Made by a program: the position numbers and the translations under genes | The notes under the pieces: generated by a model | Databases searched by the model: none | The model's input: the letters and a program-made list of their open reading frames with translations, nothing else | What the model was told of the DNA's origin: nothing | Shown: positions 39,828-52,000 of the stretch, one piece after another | Position numbering within the stretch: position 1 is the first letter of the stretch | How the letters are laid out: each line of letters opens with the position of its first letter | Origin: Schmidtea polychroa | Taxonomy: Eukaryota | Direction of reading: 5' to 3' | DNA: 64,000 bases | Assembly (NCBI GenBank): GCA_044892525.1 | Contig: CM097885.1 | Coordinates: 227,478,001-227,542,000 of the forward strand

Positions 39828-40904
39828 TTATACAAAGGTCTCTTCCTGGCCTACATATCCTTCATCGCTTTCTACTGACGTTTGTAATTGGAGTGCGATG
39901 GGATTAAATGGGATGTAGTACCGGGGAATCTGCGCTCTAAGTTCTTGCACTTCGTCTCTTAGTGCTCTTGACACGTTAAGTTCCTCGTCTAACAGGTATG
40001 TTAGATACCTGGTTTCATCGTCTCTTACCTCTATCTGTTTTTCTAGCTCTTCCGCTTTTTCGCCGTTTTCCCATTTCTTGATTTCTATCTCCAGATTTTT
40101 GAGATTTTCGTTATACATTTTCCTTTCGTTTTCTAACTTTTTGTTTTTCCCCGCCAGTACCATATTTCTCTGCTCCAGAGCTCCTTGGTATCCGTTGACA
40201 TCTCGTTCTAGTTCTGCGACCTTATTTACCAGTTCCACGAGTCGTCCTGACTGTTGAAGTATCAGTTCTTCCATTGCGGCATTCTCGTGCTCCCTTATGG
40301 AGATTTTCATGGCTAGATGTCTTTCAAATTCCATGGCTTTGGTCTGCCATGTTTGGCTTCGGGCCGCAATCTTTCTGAGCCGTTTCAGTTCTTCTCTTAT
40401 GACCAGATTTTCCTCCCATTTGCCTTGTTCGCTTTCGTATTCTAATCTCATAGGCAATTCTTTCATTTCTTTTTTCATCTCGTTGTTCTGTCGCTTCCAG
40501 TTTCGGGCTTCTGCCAATAGGTGATTCATTTTCCTTCCTTCCTTTTGTTTTTCTGCTTCTCGTTTTGTGTTTTCGTCCGTCAATCGTTTCCGTGCTTCCT
40601 GCACTAACTGTTTCAAATAGTGGCTGTGCGCTTCTTGGCGAGTGTTTTCCAATGATGCCCACTTAGAGGCTCTTTTGCATGCTTCTGCTTCGGCTCTCAA
40701 ATTGTTTACTAACCACTGATATTTGTTATTCTCGTATTCCCTGGCCTCTTCGAGGTGGTTGCGGGTCTGGTTCGTCAATTGTAACATTACTTTGACCCAT
40801 TTTCCCTTATGGATTTTATTGACTTTGGTTTCGTGGTTTGGGGCTTCAGTTCCTTCTTGTGTCATCTTGATCTGAACAATGATATTATTAACTTGACGTC
40901 GCAT
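39828..40904 (-). CDS. Accessory coiled-coil ORF (358 aa)
   Basis: Long intact ORF, coiled-coil-like. Confidence 0.75.
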   Translation of the reverse strand: MRRQVNNIIVQIKMTQEGTEAPNHETKVNKIHKGKWVKVMLQLTNQTRNHLEEAREYENNKYQWLVNNLRAEAEACKRASKWASLENTRQEAHSHYLKQLVQEARKRLTDENTKREAEKQKEGRKMNHLLAEARNWKRQNNEMKKEMKELPMRLEYESEQGKWEENLVIREELKRLRKIAARSQTWQTKAMEFERHLAMKISIREHENAAMEELILQQSGRLVELVNKVAELERDVNGYQGALEQRNMVLAGKNKKLENERKMYNENLKNLEIEIKKWENGEKAEELEKQIEVRDDETRYLTYLLDEELNVSRALRDEVQELRAQIPRYYIPFNPIALQLQTSVESDEGYVGQEETFV

Positions 40905-41080
40905 TTTTATATTCGTTGTTTATTCATTGTTTATAATTCGTTATCGGTGGGTTGTTTTTAGAATTTTTCCGTTTAAGTTTATCCTTAACATATTTGGGGT
41001 TTTCTACACTATTATATAATATTTTACTGGGTATATTCATCGATATTTACAATTTAATATATACAAAATTATTCGTTTCT

Positions 41081-42469
41081 CTACTCAGTCCTACTCTTAC
41101 CGTCTCGCCTCACCGCTATTTTTATGTATATGGTGTCGTTTTTCGTCATGTCTTCTACTTTCCGCTGTAGGATGAAGTTCGGTGCTCCGGTTGCTGATCC
41201 TTCTTCTTCCAAGGGCCTTTGGTAACATACGAGGTTTCCCGCTGTATGGAAACTCTGTTCATGTATACTTTGATAGTTCATCATTGCGAGGTCTATTTTT
41301 GCTTTGAATGGCCATTCTATTAACTCGTCGTATAGCCCTTTGCATATCAAGAAGAATACTGAGAAATGCGTTCCATATGCACTTCCATCCCCATTGGGGT
41401 ATGCTTTCATTTTCATTTTATACCCGTTTTTCCATGAGTAGAATGCTGGACTTAGTAATGTTGTATCCTTTCCATTTCTCGCTCTCTGCATCTTCTCTTT
41501 TACTCCCGTTATCTTCCATATGTATGGAGCCGTTGGTATTAATTCGTTGAGGTTTAATTCGCTTACTTTTTGATGTAGTTCTTTCACCATAATGTTGCTA
41601 GTTTCTACTAGATCTGTTTGTATCTTTGTGCTTGTTCTCGCCTCTTCGAATGCTTCCTTTTCTTCCAATAGTTCTTTTACCAACGCTTTTAGCGAGACTA
41701 TTTCTCTTTCTAAGTTTTCGGTTTTCCTTTCGTTTTCTTGTAATACCGTTGACCATATTTCCGCGTGTGTTGATACGTTTTCTGCTAGATGTTGGGGTAA
41801 TTCCCCTCGGTGTAATTGTTTCTGACATCCCCATTTTCCTAACACACACCTTATCTTTTTCCTTTCACATTCTTTCAGATGTTGAGCGAGTTTTATTACT
41901 CCGGGTTTATCGCATTTGTTGGGGCATTCTCCTCTGAATTCGGCGCACACTTTCTCCTCTTGTATGTTGTGATGTTGACTGATTAGTTTTTTCCAGGTGT
42001 CGGTTTCTCCGCAATACTCACATTTCTCCAGTCTTTCTTCGCATCGACTTTGATGTTCTGCTTCTTCATTGACTTTAATCTCTTCTTGGCAACGTTTGCA
42101 TTGACTGATTTTATATTCACATTGCTCCATATGTTGCCTCACTTCCCATATCACTCCTCGCCAATTACATGGGGTGTTTTTGCATCCTAGGTTTGCATTC
42201 ATCATATCTTTTACAGCTGCTTTATCTTCGTTTGTATCTCCCAAACTTGTTATCATTGTTTCTTTGCATACTGGGCACCATTGTGGTCCCTTCTTTATTA
42301 CCTCCTCTACACATTCTCTGCACATTCTGCATCCACATCGGGTTTGGTGAGGTTCTCTTAATAAGTTCTTGCATATTCCACACGTTACATGGTTGTGTAT
42401 TCGAATTGTGGTGGACTTTCTGACTTGTTCAACAATTTCTTTGAATTCTTCTCGTTGTCGCTTATCCAT
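41081..42469 (-). CDS. TRAF: Full-length TRAF-family protein (RING, TRAF zinc fingers, coiled coil, MATH), intronless, element-borne
   Basis: RING CGIC...CGCRMCREC...CPVC; zinc fingers CxxC...HxxxC; MATH YIWKI...LSPAFYS..NGYKM...YPNGDGS.YGTHFSVFF...WPF. Confidence 0.93.
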   Translation of the reverse strand: MDKRQREEFKEIVEQVRKSTTIRIHNHVTCGICKNLLREPHQTRCGCRMCRECVEEVIKKGPQWCPVCKETMITSLGDTNEDKAAVKDMMNANLGCKNTPCNWRGVIWEVRQHMEQCEYKISQCKRCQEEIKVNEEAEHQSRCEERLEKCEYCGETDTWKKLISQHHNIQEEKVCAEFRGECPNKCDKPGVIKLAQHLKECERKKIRCVLGKWGCQKQLHRGELPQHLAENVSTHAEIWSTVLQENERKTENLEREIVSLKALVKELLEEKEAFEEARTSTKIQTDLVETSNIMVKELHQKVSELNLNELIPTAPYIWKITGVKEKMQRARNGKDTTLLSPAFYSWKNGYKMKMKAYPNGDGSAYGTHFSVFFLICKGLYDELIEWPFKAKIDLAMMNYQSIHEQSFHTAGNLVCYQRPLEEEGSATGAPNFILQRKVEDMTKNDTIYIKIAVRRDGKSRTE

Positions 42470-42558
42470 TTCTATAATTATATATATACATATATTCGTT
42501 ACTGGTACAGTTTCGTATTTTTATTTACAGTTATTTACATTGCTATTTTAGGTTATAT

Positions 42559-42918
42559 TTATTGGCTGGAAGAGTCGGCCTCTTGTCCGCCCTCTTCCCT
42601 GCTGGTTAACCATTCTGACCAGTCTTCTATCTCCTCTCGCTCCATCTCTTCCGCGATTCTTATTAACTCCTCTTCTTGCACCTGGCTGTATCGTGATATT
42701 CGGTCTATCTCTCGCTGCATTTGTTCTATTTTTATTCGTTGGTCTTCGATTATTCTTACATAACTGAAGCCTTTATTTAAACTTTCGACTAAGCTTCTTT
42801 GTACAGCGAGTCCTTGTTCCTGTAAATTCGAAATCACTTGAGTTAACATTGCACATTGTTGTTTCCACATCTCCTCGGTTGTCGTACTGTGATTTACTTC
42901 CTCGCCTATTCGTTCCAT
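42559..42918 (-). CDS. Small accessory coiled-coil ORF (~119 aa from MERIGEE)
   Basis: ORF between the polyprotein and TRAF, helical and acidic. Confidence 0.6.
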   Translation of the reverse strand: MERIGEEVNHSTTTEEMWKQQCAMLTQVISNLQEQGLAVQRSLVESLNKGFSYVRIIEDQRIKIEQMQREIDRISRYSQVQEEELIRIAEEMEREEIEDWSEWLTSREEGGQEADSSSQ

Positions 42919-43086
42919 TCTTAAGTTATATATACTTTTCAATCCTTATCTAATTTTATTTTTATGTTAATTATCCCCATCATTATATACTATTGATACC
43001 GCGCTTGTATAAAAATATATCATACTGTTATATAAATAAATATTGTCTACTTACTTTTTACAATCTATATACAGTCATAATCCTTT

Positions 43087-46000
43087 CTATATACGTGAGC
43101 TTGGAGGGCGCTGAGCATTCCAGGCCTCCACCCACTGTTCCTGCTTGATATTACTTGGTCGTCTTATACGATGTTGAAAATTTCTTATTCTGGCCATTTC
43201 TAGTTCTCCGCGATGCCGCCTATCTTTGATTATTTTTATTGTCCCCCCGGTTATGATTAAAAAGGCCCCTGTTATTATTATGCCGCTGATCCACATCATC
43301 TGTTTTATGCTTATAATTTCCGCTTTTTCCTTGTTCGTTATTGTTGATATTGCTTCTGTGCTTTTTAGATTACCGTCTTTGCCATTTCCTTTCATCATTC
43401 CTCGTATTCTTGCTATTTCCTCGTTCATACCTTCCTTTGCCATTCTTTGTATTTTCTCCATCTCCTCCTCGGATACATAATTGTCTTGATATTTCTCATC
43501 GGTTTTCTTGCGTTTTCCTTGCTCATCTTTTTCGTCATTGATTTTTCTTTTCCTCCCTCTTTTCCCAGGGTACCGTCGACATTCTCTCGCTGTATCGTTT
43601 CTCCAGATGCATACTGTGTATTCTTTTGGAGGTTGTTGCTGTGTTACATATTGTAGACAGTCTTCACCCGGTCCTAATCTTGAAATGCAGACTTTGTGTT
43701 CTTTTCTTGGCTGGAGTTGCGTTATCACTACCTCACCTCCTTTTCTCAGGTGTACCTCCTTCCCTTTGACTTTAGTTATTCTCTTCCCGTCTCGATTCCG
43801 GTATGCTTCTTGTATTCTTACTTCCGTTATCGGTTCTGTATCTTCATTTATTAATACTAGTCTCCGATATGCTCTCGACATACATCTTCCTAGTATGCAC
43901 CTTTCTTTTAGATCCCATTCTTCTTTTAAATCCCATTGTTGCTCTCGTACTTGCTTCTTCTTTTCTTGCTTTAGTTCCTTCTCCTTGTTGTCTTTGTTTT
44001 CCGTTTCCTTGGCTTCTTTTATCGTTCCCATTCCACCGTGGGCTGTTATCATTTCTATCATTGTTAGTATGAGTATCATTACCATCATATTTGTTTCCAT
44101 TTCCTTGTTGGTAAAAAGTGGGCATACCCTCTGTTTCCCATTATTCGTCTTTTCCTCTTCCTTTGTTCGGCTTCCCGGTTTATTTTCCTCCTTTTTTATA
44201 CCTGAGTCGTTATTCCCTTGATTATTTTCCTCTGATTTCTCTTTCTCTCCATTCTCGTTTCGACCTTGTTCATTATTATCGTCGTCTTTATCGTCTTTAT
44301 CTCCCCCGCTATCGTTTGAAATGTCGTCCTCGACATTTATGTCGTTCAATAATCTGCGATATGCCGTTAACACTCTATTCCTTGCTAATTTTGCCTCGAA
44401 TTCAAACTCTTTTCTGCCTGTTGCTACATGTCTCTTTCTATTCCATTCTTTTACCAGTTCTCTCAATTGTGTACGGCGATGTTTTCCAATCCGCTTTTGT
44501 TCGTTTAGATTTTGCGTGAATTTGAGGTCTTCTCTGTTCAATACGATCATTATGATTTTCGGAGTTCCTCCTTTTGTTAGTGTATTTTTAACCATAGCAT
44601 TTTCTCCGTTTTCGTAGAACTCATTTATATTTATTGCATATTTATTGCTTTGCGGTATTTTCCATGTTAGCAATAACTTCATGGCTTCTAAGTTCATCCG
44701 TATCGTGTTCCATTGGAACTGTGACGTGTTTTTACAGATATTTTCTACCTCAGTTCTTGTAGCATTTTTACAAATGAATCTAATCATTTCCAAGTTTGGT
44801 TGTATGGTTGCCCAATCCATGGTAGAATTTCCTTCGTTTGATATTTCGTCCAGTCTTGATCCCGATCGATGTAGTATATGTAATGTTTTCGGGTGTATAT
44901 TTGTTATGGCTGCATACATTATTGCTGTTTCTCCTTGTTCATTTTTTGCATTAGATTCTTCTCCGAAGTCTCCAAGGATTCTTATGATGGTTATTGCTCT
45001 GTTTTCTTTTGCTGCTAAAATGGCTTGTTGTAATGGTGTTCTTGAGTCTTTTGTTGGTAAGGTGAATGCTAGTGGTATAAATGTTTTTATTTTTTCTATG
45101 TCTAGATTTGTGGTCTGGTCTCTTGCGTAGGTGTGTACTGTTTTTGTTATTTTTGCTAGTATCGCTTCATCGGATAGATCTTGCATTTCTTCAAAGAACA
45201 CCTCTTTGGCTTTGCGTATTATTATCTCCTGGTCTGAGTTTATTATCTTGGGTTTACTTGTTGTTGCTATCTCGGTTATTATTTGATCGACTTGCTCCTC
45301 AGACTCTCTTGTTTTTACTTTCTTTATTTTTATCTTTTTCTTGTTTGAACTGTTAATGCGTTCTTCCGCCGTAAGCACTTGAATAATACTTAGGTAGTTT
45401 TCTCGAATGTTGTTCATAGTTTCCATCATATATAATACACTCACGGTTTCCCAAAATTTTACTTGTACTTTATCGGAAAATTGAGATATAGCTTTTTCGA
45501 AGTTGGTAATTCGTTTTCTGATTAGTTGTTCGTCTTTGTGATTTGAAAATTTTATGCCACGTTGTAGTAGTTGATTTGGAATTTCGAATAGGTGATGTCC
45601 TCTCATCGCTTCCCTCATCAAGGTATTTTCTCCTTTGGTAAATGTTTCGTTTATATCTACCATATAATCGTTTTTGATCGGGTTCCTCCATGCAATTAGT
45701 ATTCCAGTAATTGTTATTAATTTCTCTTTGATTGCAGTTAATAACCCATCATACATGTTTCCTATCTCCCTATTATCCTCATATGATAATAGATCTATTA
45801 AGATTATGAAGGCTTCCGTACTTTTCCCTTCGATTGCATGATGTAGTGCATTTTTCTGGTTGTGGTCTTGTGTGGTTATCTTTGACCCAGTTTCAAGTAA
45901 TGCGATGATAATATCTTTAGCTTTATCCCGATTGGCTGCTATCATTAGTGGAGTGTAACCTTGGTTATTTTCTTGATCTGTTGAAACGTTACAATCGCGA

Positions 46001-49000
46001 AATGCTTCGATCGTTTCCAGTATTTGTTCATTATTCCCGACCTTTAAAAGTTTGTGCAGCGGTGTATCTCCATAATGGTCTGTGATCGTAAATAATATAG
46101 GCCATTGACTTTTTACTACCCTGAGTAATGGGTGTGTTCTTTCTCGGTTTGCATAATTTTCGATCATTGTTAGCAGACCTCCCAATATCTCAAAATCTAA
46201 TCTGTCTTCTGCCCATCCGGGCATTTTAGCTTTCACTTCCTTTATGATTTTCTCGGCTTCTGATGGTTGTATCCCCAACCGGTTACCTGTTGGTTCGTTT
46301 ATCTGCTGTAACATATTTATTCTATATGTTTGTGATCTTGTTGTTAATGTTCGCCCTTCCGGCTGGCTGGTGGCTGTTTTCGGTATTGGCTTACATCGTG
46401 CCACATTTACATATATTGGCCTTGTGAAGGGGTTGTTTACCAATCGTACTCTTACATTGGTTTCTCCGATGAATAGGATCTCATACGGACCTTTACCGTT
46501 TCGTTGTAATTTTTTGGTGGTTCCTGGAACTAATTCTGGTGTTTCGATCATCACCCAATCGCCTGTTTGAAACGTATGCTGTTTGACGTTTTTCTTTCTA
46601 TCATGTAGATCTTTGTAACTTTCTTGATAAAATTTTATATTCAATCCTGCAGTTTCCCAGATTTCCTGCATTCTTTCCTTGAACTTGGTTACATAATCGT
46701 CTATTTCCATATACTGTGATATTGGTGGCTGATACTCCAAATCCATTGGCATATTGCATTCTCTGCCGTACATCAACTTGAACGGACTCATCTTTGTGGA
46801 CGCGTGAATCGACATTCTGTAAGCCATTAAACATAATTTTATATACTCGTCCCAGTCGCGTTGATGACGATCGACATAATTTGATAACATTTGAATCAGT
46901 GTTCCATTGAATCTTTCTGTCATACCATTAGTTTGTGGATGGTACGGTGATGTTCTTAATTTTGCGATCTTGAAGTAGTTAGTGACTTCGCTCATTATTT
47001 CGCTCATGAAATTTGTTCCTTGGTCAGTTAATATCTGTTTTGGTGTTCCATATCGACAGCATATCTCCTCTACTAGTATTTTCGCGATTGTTCTTGCTTT
47101 CTGATCTGCCATTGCGAATGCTTCGGGGAATTTTGTCAAATAATCTGTGATTACCAATATATATATATTTCCTCTATCTGATTCTGGTAGTGGACCGACC
47201 ACGTCCATTGATATCATGGTCATTGGTTCTGCTGGTACTGGCATTGGCTTTAATGGTGCCTTCCATTTGGTTCCCGTGTTTTTTCTGGTTGCGCAAGTTA
47301 TGCAATTTTTCACCCATTCCGTTACATCCTCGGTCAATGTAGGCCAAAAATACTTTTGTTTCATTCGTGCCAACGTCTTTTTAGATGACATATGTCCTCC
47401 GAGTCTTCCGTCATGGTATTGTGTTAGCAGCTCTTTACGTCTATTCTCGGGGATGCACATCAGTCTTTTTTCTCCATCCATTATCAACAACCAGTCTTTC
47501 TCGATAATATATCGATGTCGATGTTTATCCATATGCTCCTTCAATTTTTGATCTTTCTCATATACCTCTGCTTTCCCTGTTTTCACATATTCAATGATTT
47601 GCTTCAACTCTGTATCCTCTTGCTGGTCTTTCCGTAATTGGCAAAAATCTAAATCTTCTGCTACCATCAGACATATTCGTTGCATTTCGTGATCTACTAA
47701 ATCTGGAAAGATAAATCTGGACATGCAATCCGCATTGGCATTCGCTCTTCCCGCTTTGAATTTTATGAACGGTGAATATTCTTGTAACTGCATTCCCCAT
47801 CGCATCAATCTACTTGAAGCTTCTTTGTGTTGGCCAAGCCATACTAGTGGTTGATGATCTGTTGTGATACATATTTCGTGTCCCCACAACAAATATCGAA
47901 AATGTTTAATCGCTTGTATAATTGCTAATGCTTCTCTCTCGGTTACGGAATAGTTTTTCTCATGCTTTTTAAACGTTCTACTGTAGTATCCAATCACTCT
48001 TTCTTTTCCCTCTTCATCCAGTTGTCCTAATATTGCTCCGGCTGCATATCCACTTGCATCTGTTGCTAATAAGAACGGTTTCTTGAAATCAGGATGTACC
48101 AGTATTGGAGCTTCAATTAATTTATCTCGCAATGTCTCAAATGCTTTTTGTTGTTCTGCACCCCAAATAAATGAAATATCCTTTTTCACTAAGTCCTGTA
48201 TTGGTTTCGCAATACCTGCATAGTTTTTAATGAATTTTCGATAATATCCGCATAATCCGAGAAATTCTTGAACTTGGGTGACAGTTTTTGGTGCTGGACA
48301 TGTTTTTATTTTTTCTATGTTTCTTGGATCTGGTTCTTTGCCTTTTGCTGACACTATGTGTCCTAAGAACGTAACCTTTTCTTTTGCCCAATCACATTTG
48401 GATGGTTTGAGTTTCAATTTCCATTGTCGTAATCGAACGAACACGTTTCTGATATCTTCCAAATGTTGTTCGAATGTTGCTGAATATATTAATAAATCAT
48501 CAATATATACCATACACTGCTTGATCCCATGTGTGACAAAATTCATACATCTCTGGAATGATGCTGGGGCATTGGTCAGTCCGAACGGCATTTTCCTGAA
48601 TTGGTATAGATCTCGGCCCAATGTGAATGCTGTTTTCTCTTTGTCTTCCTCTTTGACTTTGATCTGCCAATATCCGCTTTTCAGATCTAAAGATGTAAAA
48701 TATGCGGCCCCCTGTAACATAAGTAACATCTCATTGATGTCTGGTAACGGGTATGTGTCTCTTTTTGTTACTGCATTTAATTTCCGATAATCGATACAGA
48801 ATCTCTGAGTACCATCTTTTTTCTTCACCATGACTACGGGAAATTGCCATGGCGAACAACTTGGTTCGATCACTTGTGCATCTAGCATTTTTTGTACTTC
48901 TGCTTCGGCTATCTCTTTTTGCTTCTCTGCTAGTTTGTATGGACGTAGTGCGATTGGAGTTTCGTCTATTAATGGTATTGCGTGTAATGTAACATCGCAT

Positions 49001-52000
49001 GCTCCCAAATCTAAATCCGAAATTGCGAATATATCTTTATATTCTATCAATAATTGTTGAAGTCTTTCCTTTTCTTTTTCCGTTAGCAAGGTGCTGTCAA
49101 TTATCCATAATTCGTCAGCTTTCGTTGTTTCGTTGGTGATTTTTGGTAATTCGATGTCTATCATGGGTGTCAATCTACCCAATCTTTCATTTTCATATAT
49201 GATTTTATCTTCTTCCTCGAAATTTGTGATGTTGATTGGTATTTCCCCGTCTTCATTTATTGTTATTATTTCTCTTGCTAATGGTAATTCTCGTCGTTTT
49301 TCGAATGATTTGCTTGGCTCAAAAATGACTTCTCCTTCCATTCCTGCATCCACTTTTATTTGGCATATCATCTGTGATTTTGCTGGTACGATTATTTTCT
49401 CCGGACATCTAATTATTGCGTTCATCTTGCATATTCTACCCGCTTTGTCCTTTAGACACATTGTTGTTAAATCGATTACTACTTCCTTGAACAATTCTGG
49501 CATTAAATCCGTTCCGATTATACATGGTTCACTCAGTTTGGGTATCACCGCTAGATACGTTTCAATTTCGTTATCTTGATATCTTAACGTAGTCCACCAT
49601 CTTCCTACTACGTCTACGGTTTCTTTACTGCATGCGATGATATGGATAGTTGTTTGTTCGATGTCTTTCCAACATTTACTGGGTATTTGGTTGATTGCTA
49701 TTGCTGATACATTTGCTCCGGTATCTATCATTGCGCTTGTCTCTTTCCCGTTGATTTGGATCATGACTGTTACTGCCGCGCCTCCTGGTGAACTCATCAC
49801 TGCTATCGTTCTTACGTCATCCGCTTGGTCTACACTTTTCGTTCTTCGGGTCGGCATGTAGTTCATCCCTGGTTGACTTGGTAACTGTGGATACATATTT
49901 TGTGTCATGGTCAAAGCTGTTTGTTGTCCAACGATATCTGGTGGTATATAACTTCCGTTGGCTATCCAGGTATTTGTTTTTTCTTTCTCCCAATATGGCG
50001 CTGTTTCTATTGGCTTTTCATTCGGGTTTCCACTTGGATATGGGTATTTGTCATTCCCGTTGTCGCCATCATCGCTATCGCTGCTGTTTGACCGATTTCT
50101 AAATCTGTCCAAAAATTTTGGTTTGTTCTTTTTCAGTTGCGCTCTCGTTGCCTCATCATACATTGTTTTCCGAAATCGTCTGCCAACTTCTTCGTCGGTC
50201 CCTTTTATTTTTGTCAGTATTTTGATTAATCGTTTTATTCTGTGTATATCTTTAGAATGACCGTGTAACACCATTGTTTTTGCCAAAAATGGTAAAAAAC
50301 CTACTATCAACTTCCAATTTACTTTCTTTTCTCTCTTATAGATATCAAAACACGCCAACATTTGAGTCAATATTACTCTAACAATCTGGATAATTAAGAT
50401 GATTCCCAATATTCCTGCCATCATTTGACCGAACACTAGAAATCTTCCCCACATTGCTTTCATCATGTTTGACGTGGCTTGTTGAAAATGATCGGGTGAC
50501 AATAATAGTTCGTAATTGGGGCCTGACTGGAAATTCGTTCCCCCAGTTATGGTAACCATATTTGATAGAATGGATTCTCGCCTTGCTGGGAATAATACGT
50601 TTAATCGTGCCGTTTCTAAATCCTCTGGTGAGTACATACCAGCCTTTGACACATCAATTGGTTTGAAATCTTGCTCTGTTGCGAGTTCTATTAATCCAAA
50701 CTTTTTAGGTTCTTGTACTTCGGTTTTTACCGGTAACATTATCCATTTCCCATCGGGTTTTTCATATAACGGTCCATATGCATTTGAACAGTTAAAGGTG
50801 TTCGGATAAAATCCAATTGGGTTCATAATTCGAGTGACTGGTTGAACGAATCTGTTCCGCCCTTTGTAGCTAATTTCTAACTCGTTTGCACATTTCCCTG
50901 GTGGAATTGTGGGCTTTCTTGGCAGTCGCGCAAATGTCTTGGTACATGCATATGTATACATTACCTCTCCCACCATTCTACCAAAATGTCCATCCGGTAA
51001 CGGGAGTGATGGCATTGTGTTATCTGGGTGTGTTATTGCGATAGCTAATTTTGTTTTTAGTATCTCTTTATTCAATGAACAGTCATTTTGTATAAGATCG
51101 TAATACACTTTTTGCATTGTCGTTTGTCCTCGATGAAATAAAAAGTCCATTTTGTTATTAGCGTACAGGTACAATTTTACGTCCTCTGTTGCTACCTTTC
51201 CCACTGCTCGGTCTATTACTTGCCTTGACATGTAGATACCTGCGTAGTTCGTCCGATATACTATGCTGTCACATTTGGTGGTCTCTTTTTCTCTAATGAA
51301 TCTCATGCCGATGTCCGGATCATCTGTAATTAATGCCGTTGGTGTTTTTTGGGTTGTGAGTCTCTTTTCTTTGGGGGATGGCGGGACTGGTTTCCCATTT
51401 CGCATCCTTACGTTCCCATTCTCTTCATCGTCATCCTCGTTTTCGTAAATTTCTCCTTTTACTTCATTGAATAGAGCACTTTTTAACAATTGCAGTCGGC
51501 ATTTTTGGGTGTTAGCTTCATATATTATAGTCGAAATTCCCGTTCTACACACGTTTTCCGTAGCTCTGCATGCTGGGTTGGTTTTCATTTGATAGTTGTT
51601 TGCGTCGAATTGTGCTTCGTATTCCTTCAACTCCACTGTGTAGGACTCAATTACTACTACTCCCGAGATCACTTCTCCTCTGATCGTATATGTGCCTCCG
51701 TTACATGATCCATCAGTTGATTTTACTCGTCCGGCTACATAGATACTTTCCGTCTTGATCATTCCGCTTTGTCCGTGTATGGTTACTCCATCCCTGATTC
51801 TCATCGCTCCGGTTCTAAAAAGTTCTTTACAGTCTTCCCGTTGTATAGGTACTATTTCTTTATCTAATCCCGGTAATATAAGGGTTGAATATGAGTATTG
51901 TCCACAGTAGTATGCCAACACTTTCTTCGATACTACGCATTCTCTAGCTTGCGTTCTAATGAAATCTGATTCTTGGTATACGTGATAGGAGACTTTCTTT

